Part shown: positions 38,401 to 50,347 of the stretch, one piece after another
Layout: each line of letters opens with the position of its first letter
How positions within the stretch are numbered: the first letter of the stretch is position 1
DNA from: Enoplolaimus lenunculus
Taxonomy: Eukaryota
Assembly: GCA_030248215.1 (NCBI GenBank)
Contig: JASANG010001013.1
Coordinates: 310,001-374,000, forward strand
Direction of reading: 5' to 3'
DNA: 64,000 nt
The notes under the pieces: generated by a model
Databases searched by the model: none
What the model saw: only the letters and a program-made list of their open reading frames with translations
What the model was told of the DNA's origin: nothing
Translations under genes and position numbers: made by a program

Positions 38401-41400
38401 ATGAATTGCGTTAAATTTATAATTGGAATGCGCAGCATTTAAAATTATGGCTGCAACGAATATTTTGTGAAAGGTGCTGAATACGCATTGGCATCAACAT
38501 GCGGACGTGGAAAATTGCTTTAAACACACTTTTGTTCGTTTCCTCTTAATTGTGCAAAAAATTCTAATAATGCAATTCCATCCCCAGTCAAAATTGCGAA
38601 TCCGCAACTATAAGGTTTGCTTTGTAACTTATTCTTGTTTTCTTTTCGAAAACGAAAAACTAAGGCGGCCGGGCGTGGGCCTGAAAAATCTGGGCCGGTT
38701 CATACTATAATGAGAGCCCGCTGTGTTCGAGCGTCACGTTTTTGAAAGAGACTGCTTGCTTTGGGAACCTTATTAAATTAATGGTGTTAATTTTGCACGT
38801 CAAAATTTCTTCAAATATTCTAAACCGAGTTTTGGACATTTCAGTGCTCAACTTGGTGCTACCAATAATACATCGAGCACTAAATCAAAAGTGATATCTG
38901 TACTTTACGCGTAAACTTTGAGCTTAAATGTAAATCTAGGTTTAGAAAAAAACCCACGCGAATGTAAAATCTAGGCACCTACTACGAATTAAATAAAAAG
39001 TGTCTCTCATACCACTGGCGGATGCAGTGGGTGCCACTCCGGCCTGAACCACCACAACTTGAATCAAGAGAAAGGTTTTGCATTATAAAGATTCAGCATT
39101 AAATTAGCGTTCGACTTCGCTCTCAAACAGTTTTCGACAGCTTGATGTTACGTCTACGTTTTCAAAAACGCGCCTTGGTAAAAATACACATAAAATTTCA
39201 ATTTTGAGTTCCCCCAGTACGACTTGAACCCGCGACCCAAAAGCTGAAAAAACGCCGTGGTATGTGAACATCATACCACTCAGCCACAGGTGCACTTGAC
39301 CGATGTTTTTGTTTACATTGTATATACTACATATAAGATGGGCTGAAACTTTGAAAGCGCATATTTTTTTAACCAACGGGCCTACAAGAATATAAATAAC
39401 AGATTTGAAATCAGCTGCCTCAAATACGTCGGAAAATCACATAATCTTACAGTTTCTAGGGGGGTCGATCTACCGTACCTTCACCAAAACTAGCTATGTT
39501 ATTACTAATTTGTAATCATATAAGCCAATGTTTTTCGTAATTGTCCACTCAACATGTTTCGCATATATACGTACTAAACAATAGTATTTTCGTTAAATAG
39601 CTTAACGTATATGGTTGAGGTAACTTATGTAGCACATAAGAAATTGGATTGTTACAATATACGACTCTGTAGAACACCTTGCGACAAGATTTTAATCCAA
39701 ATACCAATGCGAAATTTTGCGGTTCCGATCTTATGAAAACGTTTACGTTTAATACTTCGACAAAGTTTCTTTAAATATAGCGAATGAACACCGGTTACCA
39801 TGATCTTGAATGACATACGTTTGTATATATAATAGTAGAAATAATAGACTTTTGATAGAAACATAAGAGAGACGTGAACACTTTTGGAAGAAACATATAA
39901 TAGTGACACTACCGTGTCCCTATGATTTATAATATACGTACATAAAGGTTTACGTGTCAAATAGAGAAAAGATTATGTATGAAGTAGAGATGTCTCGAGG
40001 CCGGGTGCCGGGGCAGGGGCCATACGGTATCATGGACGAAACCAGAAAAAATGGATAAAACAGAACCAGATTATATCGGAAGCGGAATAGGAACAGCATG
40101 ATTATAAATGTTGTAATGGAAATTGAAAAATTCGCGTGTTACAATATTTTAAAATTCTAATCAGAATCAAAACTAATTGTGAATTTAATTTTAACCGAAA
40201 TTGCAAAACTCTATTTCTACCCTGCTTCGATACCTGTATTTACTGCAAACACCTCCGCTTCGGGCATTGTGTGACTAAGCTCAATCAAATGCAAATAAAA
40301 TCAAGAAAAACCAAAACATTGCTGGTGTGTGTAAACTTCTTTTGTGAACACTACAACAGAACTGCAGTAACTTTCTACACATGTCTAGGCAAAACATCCC
40401 GTGGCACAATTTAGCCAGAATCCGAACGCAGCATAGTAAGTTTATTACATTGCCATACGCAAAATAACATGGGAGTATCAAGCAAATGTCGCCGGACGCG
40501 ATATGATTGAAATGGTACCGTGCTCCCAGGTACATCCTGACGCAAAGCAAAGGTGTATAAAATTTGAAGTTTACTGTATCTTGCTGGCCCCGGGTAAACT
40601 CTTGGCTCCGGGACGTCTATAGTGGGCAGTATAAGCGATTATTGTTCAGCGTGGGTTGGTCGAGTTGTACTGTGCTGATTCGGACGGGGGCTGTGTATAA
40701 AAACTGATTGAGGGTCAGTGAAACATTGTGTAGTTAGAAAGCATTCTGCACTGGGTATAAAATTTCGTATGTTGTGTTTAGTTAATCCCACCATTACTGC
40801 TAGTTTAGAGCAATGAAAAAACAAAGTACCCTCATATCCGTAGGCTAAGAATCAATTGGTAATTGGGCGTTTACTTTTTGGCACTGGGCTTAACGAAAAA
40901 TTCAATTTAGCTTTAAGATCTGAATAATGCGCGTGCTATCCGATGACAAACAAGCGACGTCATTTTGTTTGTTTTATTTTATTTTGTATTTTCTTTTCGT
41001 TTGTTTCAGGACGAACACGATAGTCATCATCACCATTCACACACACATGACAATGAAGTAACTCATGAGGTTAGTGAATTTCTTAGTTAAAATTTGTTTC
41101 TGTGTCAGGGCCCGAGAAGCCGCCCCCTCATACCTCTATTTCGGGGGCCCACTCCTAAAGGGGCCCCCACCCTAACCGGTTGAAACAAAACCGCCAAAGT
41201 TTGAAAATGCGTATGGCTTCTCGCTCGCGAATTTGGGGGGGGGGTGCCACCACCCTTGTTTGCTGCGGCATTGTTCTTTGTAGAAGCATTGTTTGTAAGT
41301 TCTGAAAAGCCTTTGCGATTTTCTTAAGTTTATAGATTTCGTTTAACTTTCGTAGACTAAATATTTGACGACATTTTGCTAACTTTATTTTACCACAGTT

Positions 41401-42655
41401 ACCTAGACTGCAATTACTGTTTGATTTTTAGTGCAGTACAGTGCAGATCGTGTTTCCGGTCGCATTTCGTGAAAAAATTCATTTTCATTTTTTTCCTGTT
41501 CGGGCAAAATTAAATTCCTCTTTATATTCTGGTATAATGATTGCCAAGTAATTCTGTTACTGTTAGTAATTACATATTTTAATGGTTATGATATATTCTT
41601 CGCTGATTAAATAATTTTAGCTTTAGTGGCAGACGGAAATAGCTAGGCTTAGTAATAGTATTTTTAAGCATAAAAATGTAGTTTTTTTAGTTTTGTTTTT
41701 AAGCTGTTGACTTCATGCCTATATAGTTAAGTTGCCCGTTAAAACTTAATTCAAATAGAAATTATATGTGTATTTTTGTTTATTTCGTTGTTGCTTGTTT
41801 GTTTTAGCCTATACACAACGTCACCGATTCGTTTCCGAGTGCTCCTGACCGCGATCACAATAATGAACATGTTATCGAAGAACATCGATATCGGGAAGAA
41901 ATGAGTCACAGGCCTGATGAAGAACCCCGCCAGTCTTTACGTGGCTCTAATCGTGGGGAGCGATCAACGAATGGTAAAAAATCTCATGTGGGGGGATGGG
42001 TGTACCTAGTATTTCAAAAAAGACATTCACGGTTTGTATAAATTTTATAATCGGGTTTATTATAATATTTTTAAAAGAGGCTTCTTGTGTTAAGTCCTAT
42101 TCGTACGTGCAAGGTTTGCAGCAAAACCTTGCCCATGCAACTGCATTGTGCAAGCTTGGTTACGAAATAGTTTTGAAAATCTAGCATTTACAAATTATTC
42201 ACTGAAATTCGTGCTACTAAATTTAATTCGCACATGTGAACGCAGTTGCAAGTCGCTTAATTTTCTTTTCTTGCACCTGCATTTTGATTGGCCAAGCGGA
42301 AAAGATGTTGTTGAGTGCTTCTTAATTAATTCAGACTTTTTGAATTTTATTTAAAAACTTATACCCACTCAAAGTATGTGGGGTCTTTAGAGTAGATACT
42401 TAATACGTTTTTGAGACATTTTAGTTCTTCTAATTTGAAAAGAATTTATGTTTAAATAAACATAAAATTTTGATTGTTTTAAATAATACAATTTTTTGTT
42501 TGTTTACAGTAATATTTGTATTTGCAGATATCGACGAATTGTTTCGAATGTCAGCCGCAGAAGCGCGTGAACGCGTGTCGACCAGGCGTAAACACGATCC
42601 ACGCCGATTGGTTCAATCTTTGCAAGAAAAATACGAAATCGCACAAAATTTGTGA
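26422..42655 (+). CDS. NHERF/EBP50-family two-PDZ scaffold protein (nrfl-1-like), about 632 aa; exons 26422-27087, 28247-28411, 32640-32756, 34015-34155, 35501-35956, 41010-41069, 41808-41973, 42528-42655
   Basis: PDZ1 (PRMCHIRK..YGFNLH..QFIGKVDPDSPAERCGLRTGDRIIAVN) and PDZ2 (PRLCKLRK..YGFNLH/GQFIGKVDADSIAQRAGL) split over GT-AG exons with consistent phases; C-terminal ERM-binding-type tail (MSAAEARER...SLQEKYEIAQNL). The 3' boundary of exon 5 is the least certain. Confidence 0.88.
27304..28085. mobile_element. Non-autonomous DNA transposon in intron 1 with G/C-run-rich subterminal regions
   Basis: 16-bp TIR CTGGCTTCTCCACAGC / GCTGTGGAGAAGCCAG; TATGT on both flanks. Confidence 0.65.
30324..30578. 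mobile_element. MITE with GGCCCATATT(C/G)TCAAAT TIRs (Harbinger-like)
   Basis: Imperfect ~35-bp TIRs, TAG flanks; relatives at ~1158-1372, ~19155-19348, ~43245-43300. Confidence 0.55.
30756..31134. mobile_element. hAT-like MITE
   Basis: CAAGGTGCAACCGGAATT / AATTCCGGTTGCACCGTG; perfect 8-bp TSD GTATATAG. Confidence 0.85.
31598..32115. repeat. 27-bp minisatellite (about 17 copies) enclosed by CAGGGATGG/CCATCCCTG TIRs
   Basis: Unit GGTCTCGGTAAGTCTCGGGATTTGACT; hAT-like termini. Confidence 0.85.
33333..33937. mobile_element. hAT-like non-autonomous element
   Basis: CAGAGTGAGACCGGATAT / ATATCCGGTCGCACCCTG; perfect 8-bp TSD GTTGATGC. Confidence 0.85.
36889..39925 (-). mobile_element. Non-autonomous Helitron-like element, copy 1 (in NHERF intron 5)
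   Basis: Limits of identity with copy 2 read A|TC...short GC hairpin...CTAG|T on the minus strand; no TSD; contains a nested TTAGGC MITE (37383-37538). Confidence 0.75.
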
Positions 42656-45600
42656 AAAAAGTTAGCTGAAAATATTAAAGGTTTTTTCTGATTGTTTTTA
42701 TGTTATTTAATCGGATAACTAGTTAGCAAATACTTTCGAATTACGAATTTAGCTACAATTTTGGAGCAATTTCATTGGTCCTTATTGATTTATAGGGCCT
42801 GTCCAATGAGAGACTTTGACACCGGGTGGACCTAGAGACTGTAAAGCTTAGGATTACGTTTATATTTGGGTTTACGCTTTGGCTTATACTTAGTTAAGGG
42901 TTAGGCTAAGTGGGCAGACCCTTATAATATTGACACGAGCCATTTGAGGAGATTTTTATTGCATTTGATAATTTTTGGTAAACTTAAATAAAAACTCTGA
43001 AAACAGTTCGGCCATTGACAACTTGATTCATTGTCAATTTCGCTAAATTTGCTTTTTAGCGCATAAATTCGTAAGTTACTCCCTTTTTGTAAAAAGTTCC
43101 GCTTAGAAATATTTTAACCAGTAATATTCTTGCAGTTTTGTTTAATAATTTATATAATTTATTCTTCAGGTATGGTGTAATGCTTGCTTTTGGGGTTCAA
43201 AAAATACGATGCCAACGACTTTGGTTTGAATGTATCTTTAGCCGTTGTTCATATTCACAAATGTGTATAGTACATGCATCACTAGTTGGTGATAGGTACC
43301 TACTGTAAGTTTCGTGTGAGTAAATGTGTTGAACTTCGAAATTTAAGACATTTTTCGTATTTTAGGGTTTGTTCTACATGAGAACATGATTTATTTGAAA
43401 TATTCATCTGCTGCAGTTTGTTTCAAAATCTATTACTAACTGGCGATAGTTGTTACACTAATTTTGTATGTTCTGTGTTACTTGTTGGTTGTGAGCATTT
43501 TTGATTTCGTAATCAAGTTGACTTAACGAATTTATGTTTTTTTGCTTTATTTACAACACTTATTGATTTATTATTGCCTGAAATATTTTTTATATTGTTT
43601 TTATATATGTTGATATCGCATAGTTATAAGATTTAGTAGGTGGAACCGGAATTCCGGTTTCGGTGCGGGAATACAAATATTTTTCAGTATTTAGTCCAGG
43701 TGAAAAATACGGTACTTTATTGTGTTCAGTTTGTAGTTCCGTTTTCGCTTTGATAAGTAAGGTTGTATCTTGATATTTAGTTGTGGATAAATGTTAAATT
43801 GTGTACGATTGCAGGCAGTTTTAGTAGCTAAAAGCTTACAAAACTTGAAATTTATACATTCACTGGTTTGCAAATTACCTTTTTAGTTCTGTGATATAAA
43901 GCAAATGTCGATTTATGATAATGTTGAGTGTAAATAATATATTTTAGAGTTTTTCGTAGAACAGCTTTTGGTACGTGCTGTGGTATCTCGAAAATTCGTC
44001 GCCTGCGTCGACCGATAAATTGAAATCTGAAATTTCATCGATTCGACAATTCGCTGCCTATCATTAGGCTTAGGCATAGGATTACGGTAAAGATTATACT
44101 TTACTTAGATTTGTAATTGGCTTTAGGGCACTGTTGGGCGACGAGTTGGCGTAGATTCAGGTACTATGGAATACCGAAACCGGATGTCTTTTTTGTCCAT
44201 GAGACACAGCCGTATAAATGTAGTCGCATGATTATGCGCCGGTGTTTTGCCTATTTAAATATGTTTGTTTTTGCGTTTGTTTTTTTCATTTTGTTTGTTG
44301 TTATTAATAGTAGCTTCTATCGGGCTTATATCATTACATCTATATAGTTTTTTCGATTTTGTGTTTTTCCTAATTTCCTTGCTTTAATGTATGCTTATGT
44401 TGCAAGTGTTGATGGTTTGGCTGTAGTGGATACAAGATTTTGCAAGACGATTCATTGTATTGACAGAAGGACGAAAACATTTTGTGGTAAAACGAAACTA
44501 GAAGCCAATTGTAATTTTAATATTAACAGCCGGTCACTAGCGGATCCAAAATGGTAAGGTAGGGACCGTATCATTTTATCACCAAAAAATTTTCTGAGGG
44601 CGAAAAATTGTACGGTAGGGAACTTAGCGTTTTATTAAAAAAAATTGTGCGGGAAAAATTGGTAAAAAATGGTAAGGTGTGGATCTTGCTATTTTAGCAC
44701 AAAACATTCCATATAATCGAAAGTTATATAATATCACAAGCAAAACTTCATAAAATTTCAAAAAATTTAAGTTTAGTATAGGTTCTGCGAAGAATTTTAT
44801 GTTTATATTTTGGCTTCGATGTATAACGTGTTTCAAAATGTCGTTTGGACGTTTCTGTGATAAGAACGCTAGGGAGTTCGATGTGTGGGTATTGCGTTAG
44901 ATCACCACCGGTTTAAAATTTGTTTTGAAATCTTGCAACACAAATTTTAACACTTGTTGGTTTCGTAATACCCCGAGCGCAAGCCGTTGAATTATACCTT
45001 TTATTCGGTTGCTTTTGATTGCTGCAAGTTGCTTCTCCGGAATGTTGTGTAAAATTTTAAATTAAATTGAGTTTAAATTTTAAATTTGTCGCGGATTTAG
45101 GGTTCAGTTACGATCTAAAGTCTAAAAATGTAATTTTTGGATACACTGCAAAAAGTGGTGAGTCAAATTGACTCTATTTGAAATAAGCTTTTCGGGACTA
45201 CACAAACTGAGCAAAATTCGACTTTGCCGGAGTCAAATTCGGATTTAACTTTGGCGGAGTCGAATTTAGCTCCATTTGCGTGTTCCGAAAAAGCCTATTT
45301 CGGAGAGAAAGAGTCAATTTAACTCATTATTTTATGCAATCGTATTGTGCTTTGGTACTAAAGTCTCGATGTTAAAATTGATTGAATGTTTTCGATCAAA
45401 TGGTGCTTTATTATCTATTTTAGACGCCGTTCAGTAAATTTTAAATGTTCGCATTAAATTTTTTCTTTTTTTTTTAAATGATGATTACCGATTTAAGTAA
45501 TTCGTATGTCGAGATGACGGATGGTTTGGATAGAAATCTTTCAAATTTGAATATTAAGAATTTTTTTCACAAAGTATAATGTTTCGTTGAAATAACTTGA

Positions 45601-46569
45601 AACAAAAATGAAAAAATTTCTTCCGTTTCGGTTTAGGATTCTGCGCACTGACTGCTTGCTATTGATTCAATATTGGTCCGTTGATTATTGGTGCCTTAAA
45701 TACTGTGCCTAAATATCTTATTGTTATTGTGCTTGTTTTTATATTTACTGTTTTTTTTTTATTTTTTTCTTAGTTGCAAATGTAATTTTTAGGCGTAAAT
45801 GTTATCTGCGGGTAAGTTTGGGATACAGTATGGTATATATTTCTGAGTAAAAGATGAAATTTGCATCATGAAGCACTTTAAAAGTATTAGCTAGGTAACT
45901 AAGTGCTCAGGATTAGTCTGAGTTAAAATGTTTAATCAGACAGGATCAGAGTTTGAATACTGAAAGCGTTGATTAGCACGAAGACCAAAATTGCGATTAT
46001 GAATGAGATTTTTTATTTTGGTTCTGTTGTCGCCAACTTACGTTTCCAGTATTTTTGCTGTCCGCTTTCTATCTGCGTTACTGTCAAAATAGCGAATTAG
46101 TTTTTTGCTCGAGTACACGTTTTGCTGGATGTGTTACACGGTTAAGTGTACTGTAGATTGACAGGAGTCAGTACTATTTTGGATTTAAAAGTTAAAGTCT
46201 GACGGTAAAGGTATGATTAGAAAAAATTTTGTTTACAAATTGATATGCAGTGCCATGCGGCAATATATCACAGTGTCTTCGCAATTTGTTGTTTATATTG
46301 ATGGTTTTTTTTGGTATTGAATTATTTCTAATTGCTTTATACTTTATCTTGATTTCCGAACATGTGATTGCTTAAAGTAAAATTGTTTATCTGTTCGTAT
46401 TATTTTATGAGCTGTTTAGGGTTTATATGCTAAACGTGGCTGTGCAAAAACGTGCTGTAGTACACGCAAAGTTTGGGAGGTTAGTATGATTTTGGTAAAG
46501 TAAGATAAAAAATTGTCTCATATGTGATCGAAACATACGGTTCTTCATACGAGTATTTTGTATTTTAAG

Positions 46570-46761
46570 ATCAGAAGTGCGAGTACGTTCGAATAACGGA
46601 GACTGGAACGGGATGTTTTTTGTCGTCAACGCTCAGCAATCGGAGGTCTTTGAATCGAGGGACTCGCGTCTTGTGGAGATTTCATACTACGCATATATAC
46701 CAGTAGTTGTCGTTGAACACTGCGCTATATATTGTTTAACGCCTACGTATTGCGCTACCGG
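46570..46761 (+). CDS. Candidate exon with PAN/apple-like Cys spacing (VEHCAIYCLTPTYCATG)
   Basis: Open frame in unique, GC-richer sequence; TTTTAAG acceptor; possible GTATTA donor; domain call by eye only. Confidence 0.25.
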
Positions 46762-48395
46762 GTATTAATATTTGAATTTTACTTCCTAGCAAAATCCCGA
46801 ACGCAAAATGCAGCGATAATTTTTAGGGTAATATTGTAATTTCCCAAAATTCCGAGCGAATAAAAGTAGAGCTAAAATTGTAAGCTATGGCCAATTTCCT
46901 CTGCAATATTTTAATTTCTGCAATATTTTAATTTTCTAATATCCAAATATTCCATAGCTCAATTTTCGAAGATTCTATTTTTCAAGGATTTTGGGACTTA
47001 TCCGCGGATTTTGGGCGTCACATGTTCCATATATAAAAGGACATAGTATAATTATAGATAGTCAACGGATATAAAAATATCCGGATATGCATCTGAAGAC
47101 ACGCCTATCCGGGTAGCCGGATATATGCTGGATATCCGAAATGCTATTGTGTGCAACATTTTTTGGAATAATTTGAATTGTTTCACCAAAACAGTAGCTG
47201 GAGCTGACGAAAAGAAATTCTGTATTGAAACCTGAGTCAAAATGTTGAACCCCATTCCGGCATAACTGGGCGATATTTTAAATTCTGATCGCTCTTGATT
47301 TAATACGACACCAAGCCTAACTGAGTATGATGCTAATTAGTAAAAGGCTAGCGTACAAATCTGGCAATCTGCGAAGAGCACATTTGAATTTTCCATGACA
47401 CAGAACCCATGAGCTCATAAGTTTTAATTCAGCCCCCCATGCTAAACCGATTTCTTATCATACACTAGAACAGTACAAAACTACATTATCAGCAATTCTA
47501 GCTGTCTGAATAATGAAGAGCTTAATGTGGGGTTGGGGGCGACAACTCCATCCTGCTTAGTATTCTTTCAAAATGCGGAAGGTTCAAGGAAGCCGCAGCC
47601 TCCCCCTAAGACAGAAACAGCGCAAAAATGATTCAAAAAGTTTACTTGTGTCACAGAAAAAGTGTCCTTCTACATTTGCGCTGTGGAACTAATAGTAAAT
47701 TGGGTGCGCTAAATCAGTCATCAAACGCAAAAAATACGCAATAGCGCGTCGCTTTTACACAATACATGAAAAAATATAGATTTCTTAACTATCGAAAACA
47801 GCTACATTTTCGGTTCGGTTCACAAATAGTTCATAAAGATCAGAAAAAGTGAAAGTTATATTCAAGTGTTATAAAATTAAAATTTAAGTGAAATTATCAG
47901 GGGGAGGTTATGAGGAGCCAAATCGGCATTATGTTCCAACATTTTAAGACTAGAGCGTGTAATAACAATTTGGACTAATCTTACTTGAGCAATGTAACAA
48001 CCAAAACATATTCCTAAGTTTAAGCCTCTTCAGTGTGATATACACAAGTCTGAAACAAAGTTTTGCCAAAGCCCAAGCAAAGAAGTAGTGGAAAAGTTAA
48101 GCCTATAGTCTATTTGGGTCTTTGAGAAAACGGGCACTACCGGTTCCAGAGTTGGGCGACGCACCCGTCAGCAATTACTGATAAACTAAAAATAATGATA
48201 GCCAATGTTACTTTAAGGGCGTATAACAGTCGTATATAGCATATTCCTGAGACTGAACCTTACCATAACTTTAAGTTTCGTCACAAAGATGTTTTCAGCT
48301 GAGTATAAGTCTAAACCTATTAGCCTATGCAAAAAATTAGTCTTATGCTTCAGCTTTAGTCTATTATAGTCCCGCGAAAAATGCATACGCCGTAA

Positions 48396-48400
48396 TGATG

Positions 48401-48499
<99 letters not shown>

Positions 48500-48578
48500 T
48501 AATAACGATTACAACAACAACAATAATAATTATTATTATTATTACTATTATAGTAATAATAATAACAGCAATAATAAT
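48396..48578. repeat. (TAA)n microsatellite with degenerate tail
   Basis: More than 30 perfect TAA units, then mixed TAA/TTA/CAA. Confidence 0.95.
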
Positions 48579-50169
48579 CGTCCAATGTTTTTACCAGAAA
48601 ACCTATTAAAACGTGTTTATTTTAAACAGTTTTGTTGAAGTTTGAAAAAAGTTTAAATTTTGAGCTTTGAAAAACGTGGGCAGGTTTCCGATGAACATTT
48701 CTGTCAGATATGGCGTTTACGCTTTGGATTGATATTAACTGCGCATATCGAAGCAAGACAAAACTAATAAATGCGATTGAAATTTTGAGTTGTCGTCATT
48801 GTAATTCTTTAATAAGAAATGACATATTTTGAACTAAAAATATAACGTTTTTTATGAATTATTAAATTATATCTCAAGGTGTAGGAGTTCAGGTTGGGAA
48901 AAATTCACATCGCTAATCAACCAGTCTCAACTCCGAATGCGGAAGTGCTGGGAACGACTCAGTGGCTTGGCTGGTCCATTTATTGCGGATCGCCGAACAG
49001 TAGTATAAGCATTTCCGTAAGCCACAGAGTACGAATATGTCTGTAACTAAGCCTAGTATAGGTTTATAAGCCTAAGCTAATGCAAAAAATAGTCTAAAGC
49101 TTAAGTTTATAAGTGCAGTCATGCGAAAAAAATGGTATGTCCTTCAGCTATATGTGGGAACCTTAGTTAATTTTATACCTAAGGTATTTGCTAAGAAAAT
49201 TACTTCACTGCTGCGTTTAACCTGACACTGGTTGTCCGTTCTGGTATATATTCTCGGTACAACCTTGGCCAAATTTTATTAAGTTACCTCCTTGAGCAAA
49301 TGCAAAATTATGGCCCCACTTCATGGCACTCGTTCAATATAAACGTTCATTTGATTGGCTGTTATATTAATCTATCGGAAACGAGAAATCTCATTGGTTG
49401 ACGGCCGTTTAGTTGAATAGCCAATACGCGTAATTCGACCAGTGTTTTGAGTTTCACTGACTCGAGTTTTGTTTCGTCAAATCACTACACGGCTAACCAT
49501 CATAATGACAATTAATAGATCAATTGGAACCGTGAAAAATTTCACTCCACCAGAGACAAATTGAGTCGAATTTGACTCAAGCAGAGTCGCATTTTGACTC
49601 AGTTTGTGCAGTCAGGAAAAGCCTATTTCGGAGAGTGTCAATTTGACTCACCATTTTTTGCAGTGTACGACAACATATTTTTGTGTGCATTCATGTCATC
49701 AGATAAAAGTTACTGATTGGTTGGTTTTACTTTTCCTAAGCCTAAAAAGCCTAAGCCTAAATCGAACACTAGTGCTACTTGACTGATCTTCATCATATTA
49801 AGCTTGGTTATCAACCTATAAGGTTAAGGCGATACGACTGAACTGGTACCGTGGCTACAACATATGATTTTTGACTATTTTTTTGAATGGATTTCCATCG
49901 TCATTTTGGACTCGATGATTGCATCATTTCACATTTCGACCAATGTATACATCAGGACCGTAACAGTAGTATAAAGCACATTTCTAAACCAAAACTCAAG
50001 CGTAAGGATGAGCTTACACATAAGGAATGTCACAGCATAAGCAAAAAATAGTGTAAAGCTTAAGTTTACTTCATAGCAATCTGTCAGAAATACGGTCTGT
50101 CCCTGATCGATGCATGGGCCTTTATTTCCAACTTAATCCAAATTTTAAAGACTTGCAAACGCCAAGGTC

Positions 50170-50347
50170 GGTCCATGTAAAGATCAGGGGTGGAACGTTT
50201 TTCTGTGAAAGTAGAATAGAGTAAGCATAAGGTTTACAGTAATTTTTTTGCCTGGTTTTGGCTTAGACTTAGGCTTAGGCCTAGGCTTAGGCTTAGGCTT
50301 AGGCATATGGTTACAATACTGTTCCATCTCTGTTATTTACATTGGCC
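50170..50347. mobile_element. TTAGGC-carrying MITE (Merlin-like)
   Basis: Perfect 8-bp TSD CCAAGGTC. Confidence 0.9.

Noticed and set aside
38474..38710. Duplicated gene (with the ORF at 60599-60835)
   Set aside because: Lies within the duplicated Helitron; no splice or domain support
48364..48585. Poly-Ile ORF
   Set aside because: (TAA)n microsatellite
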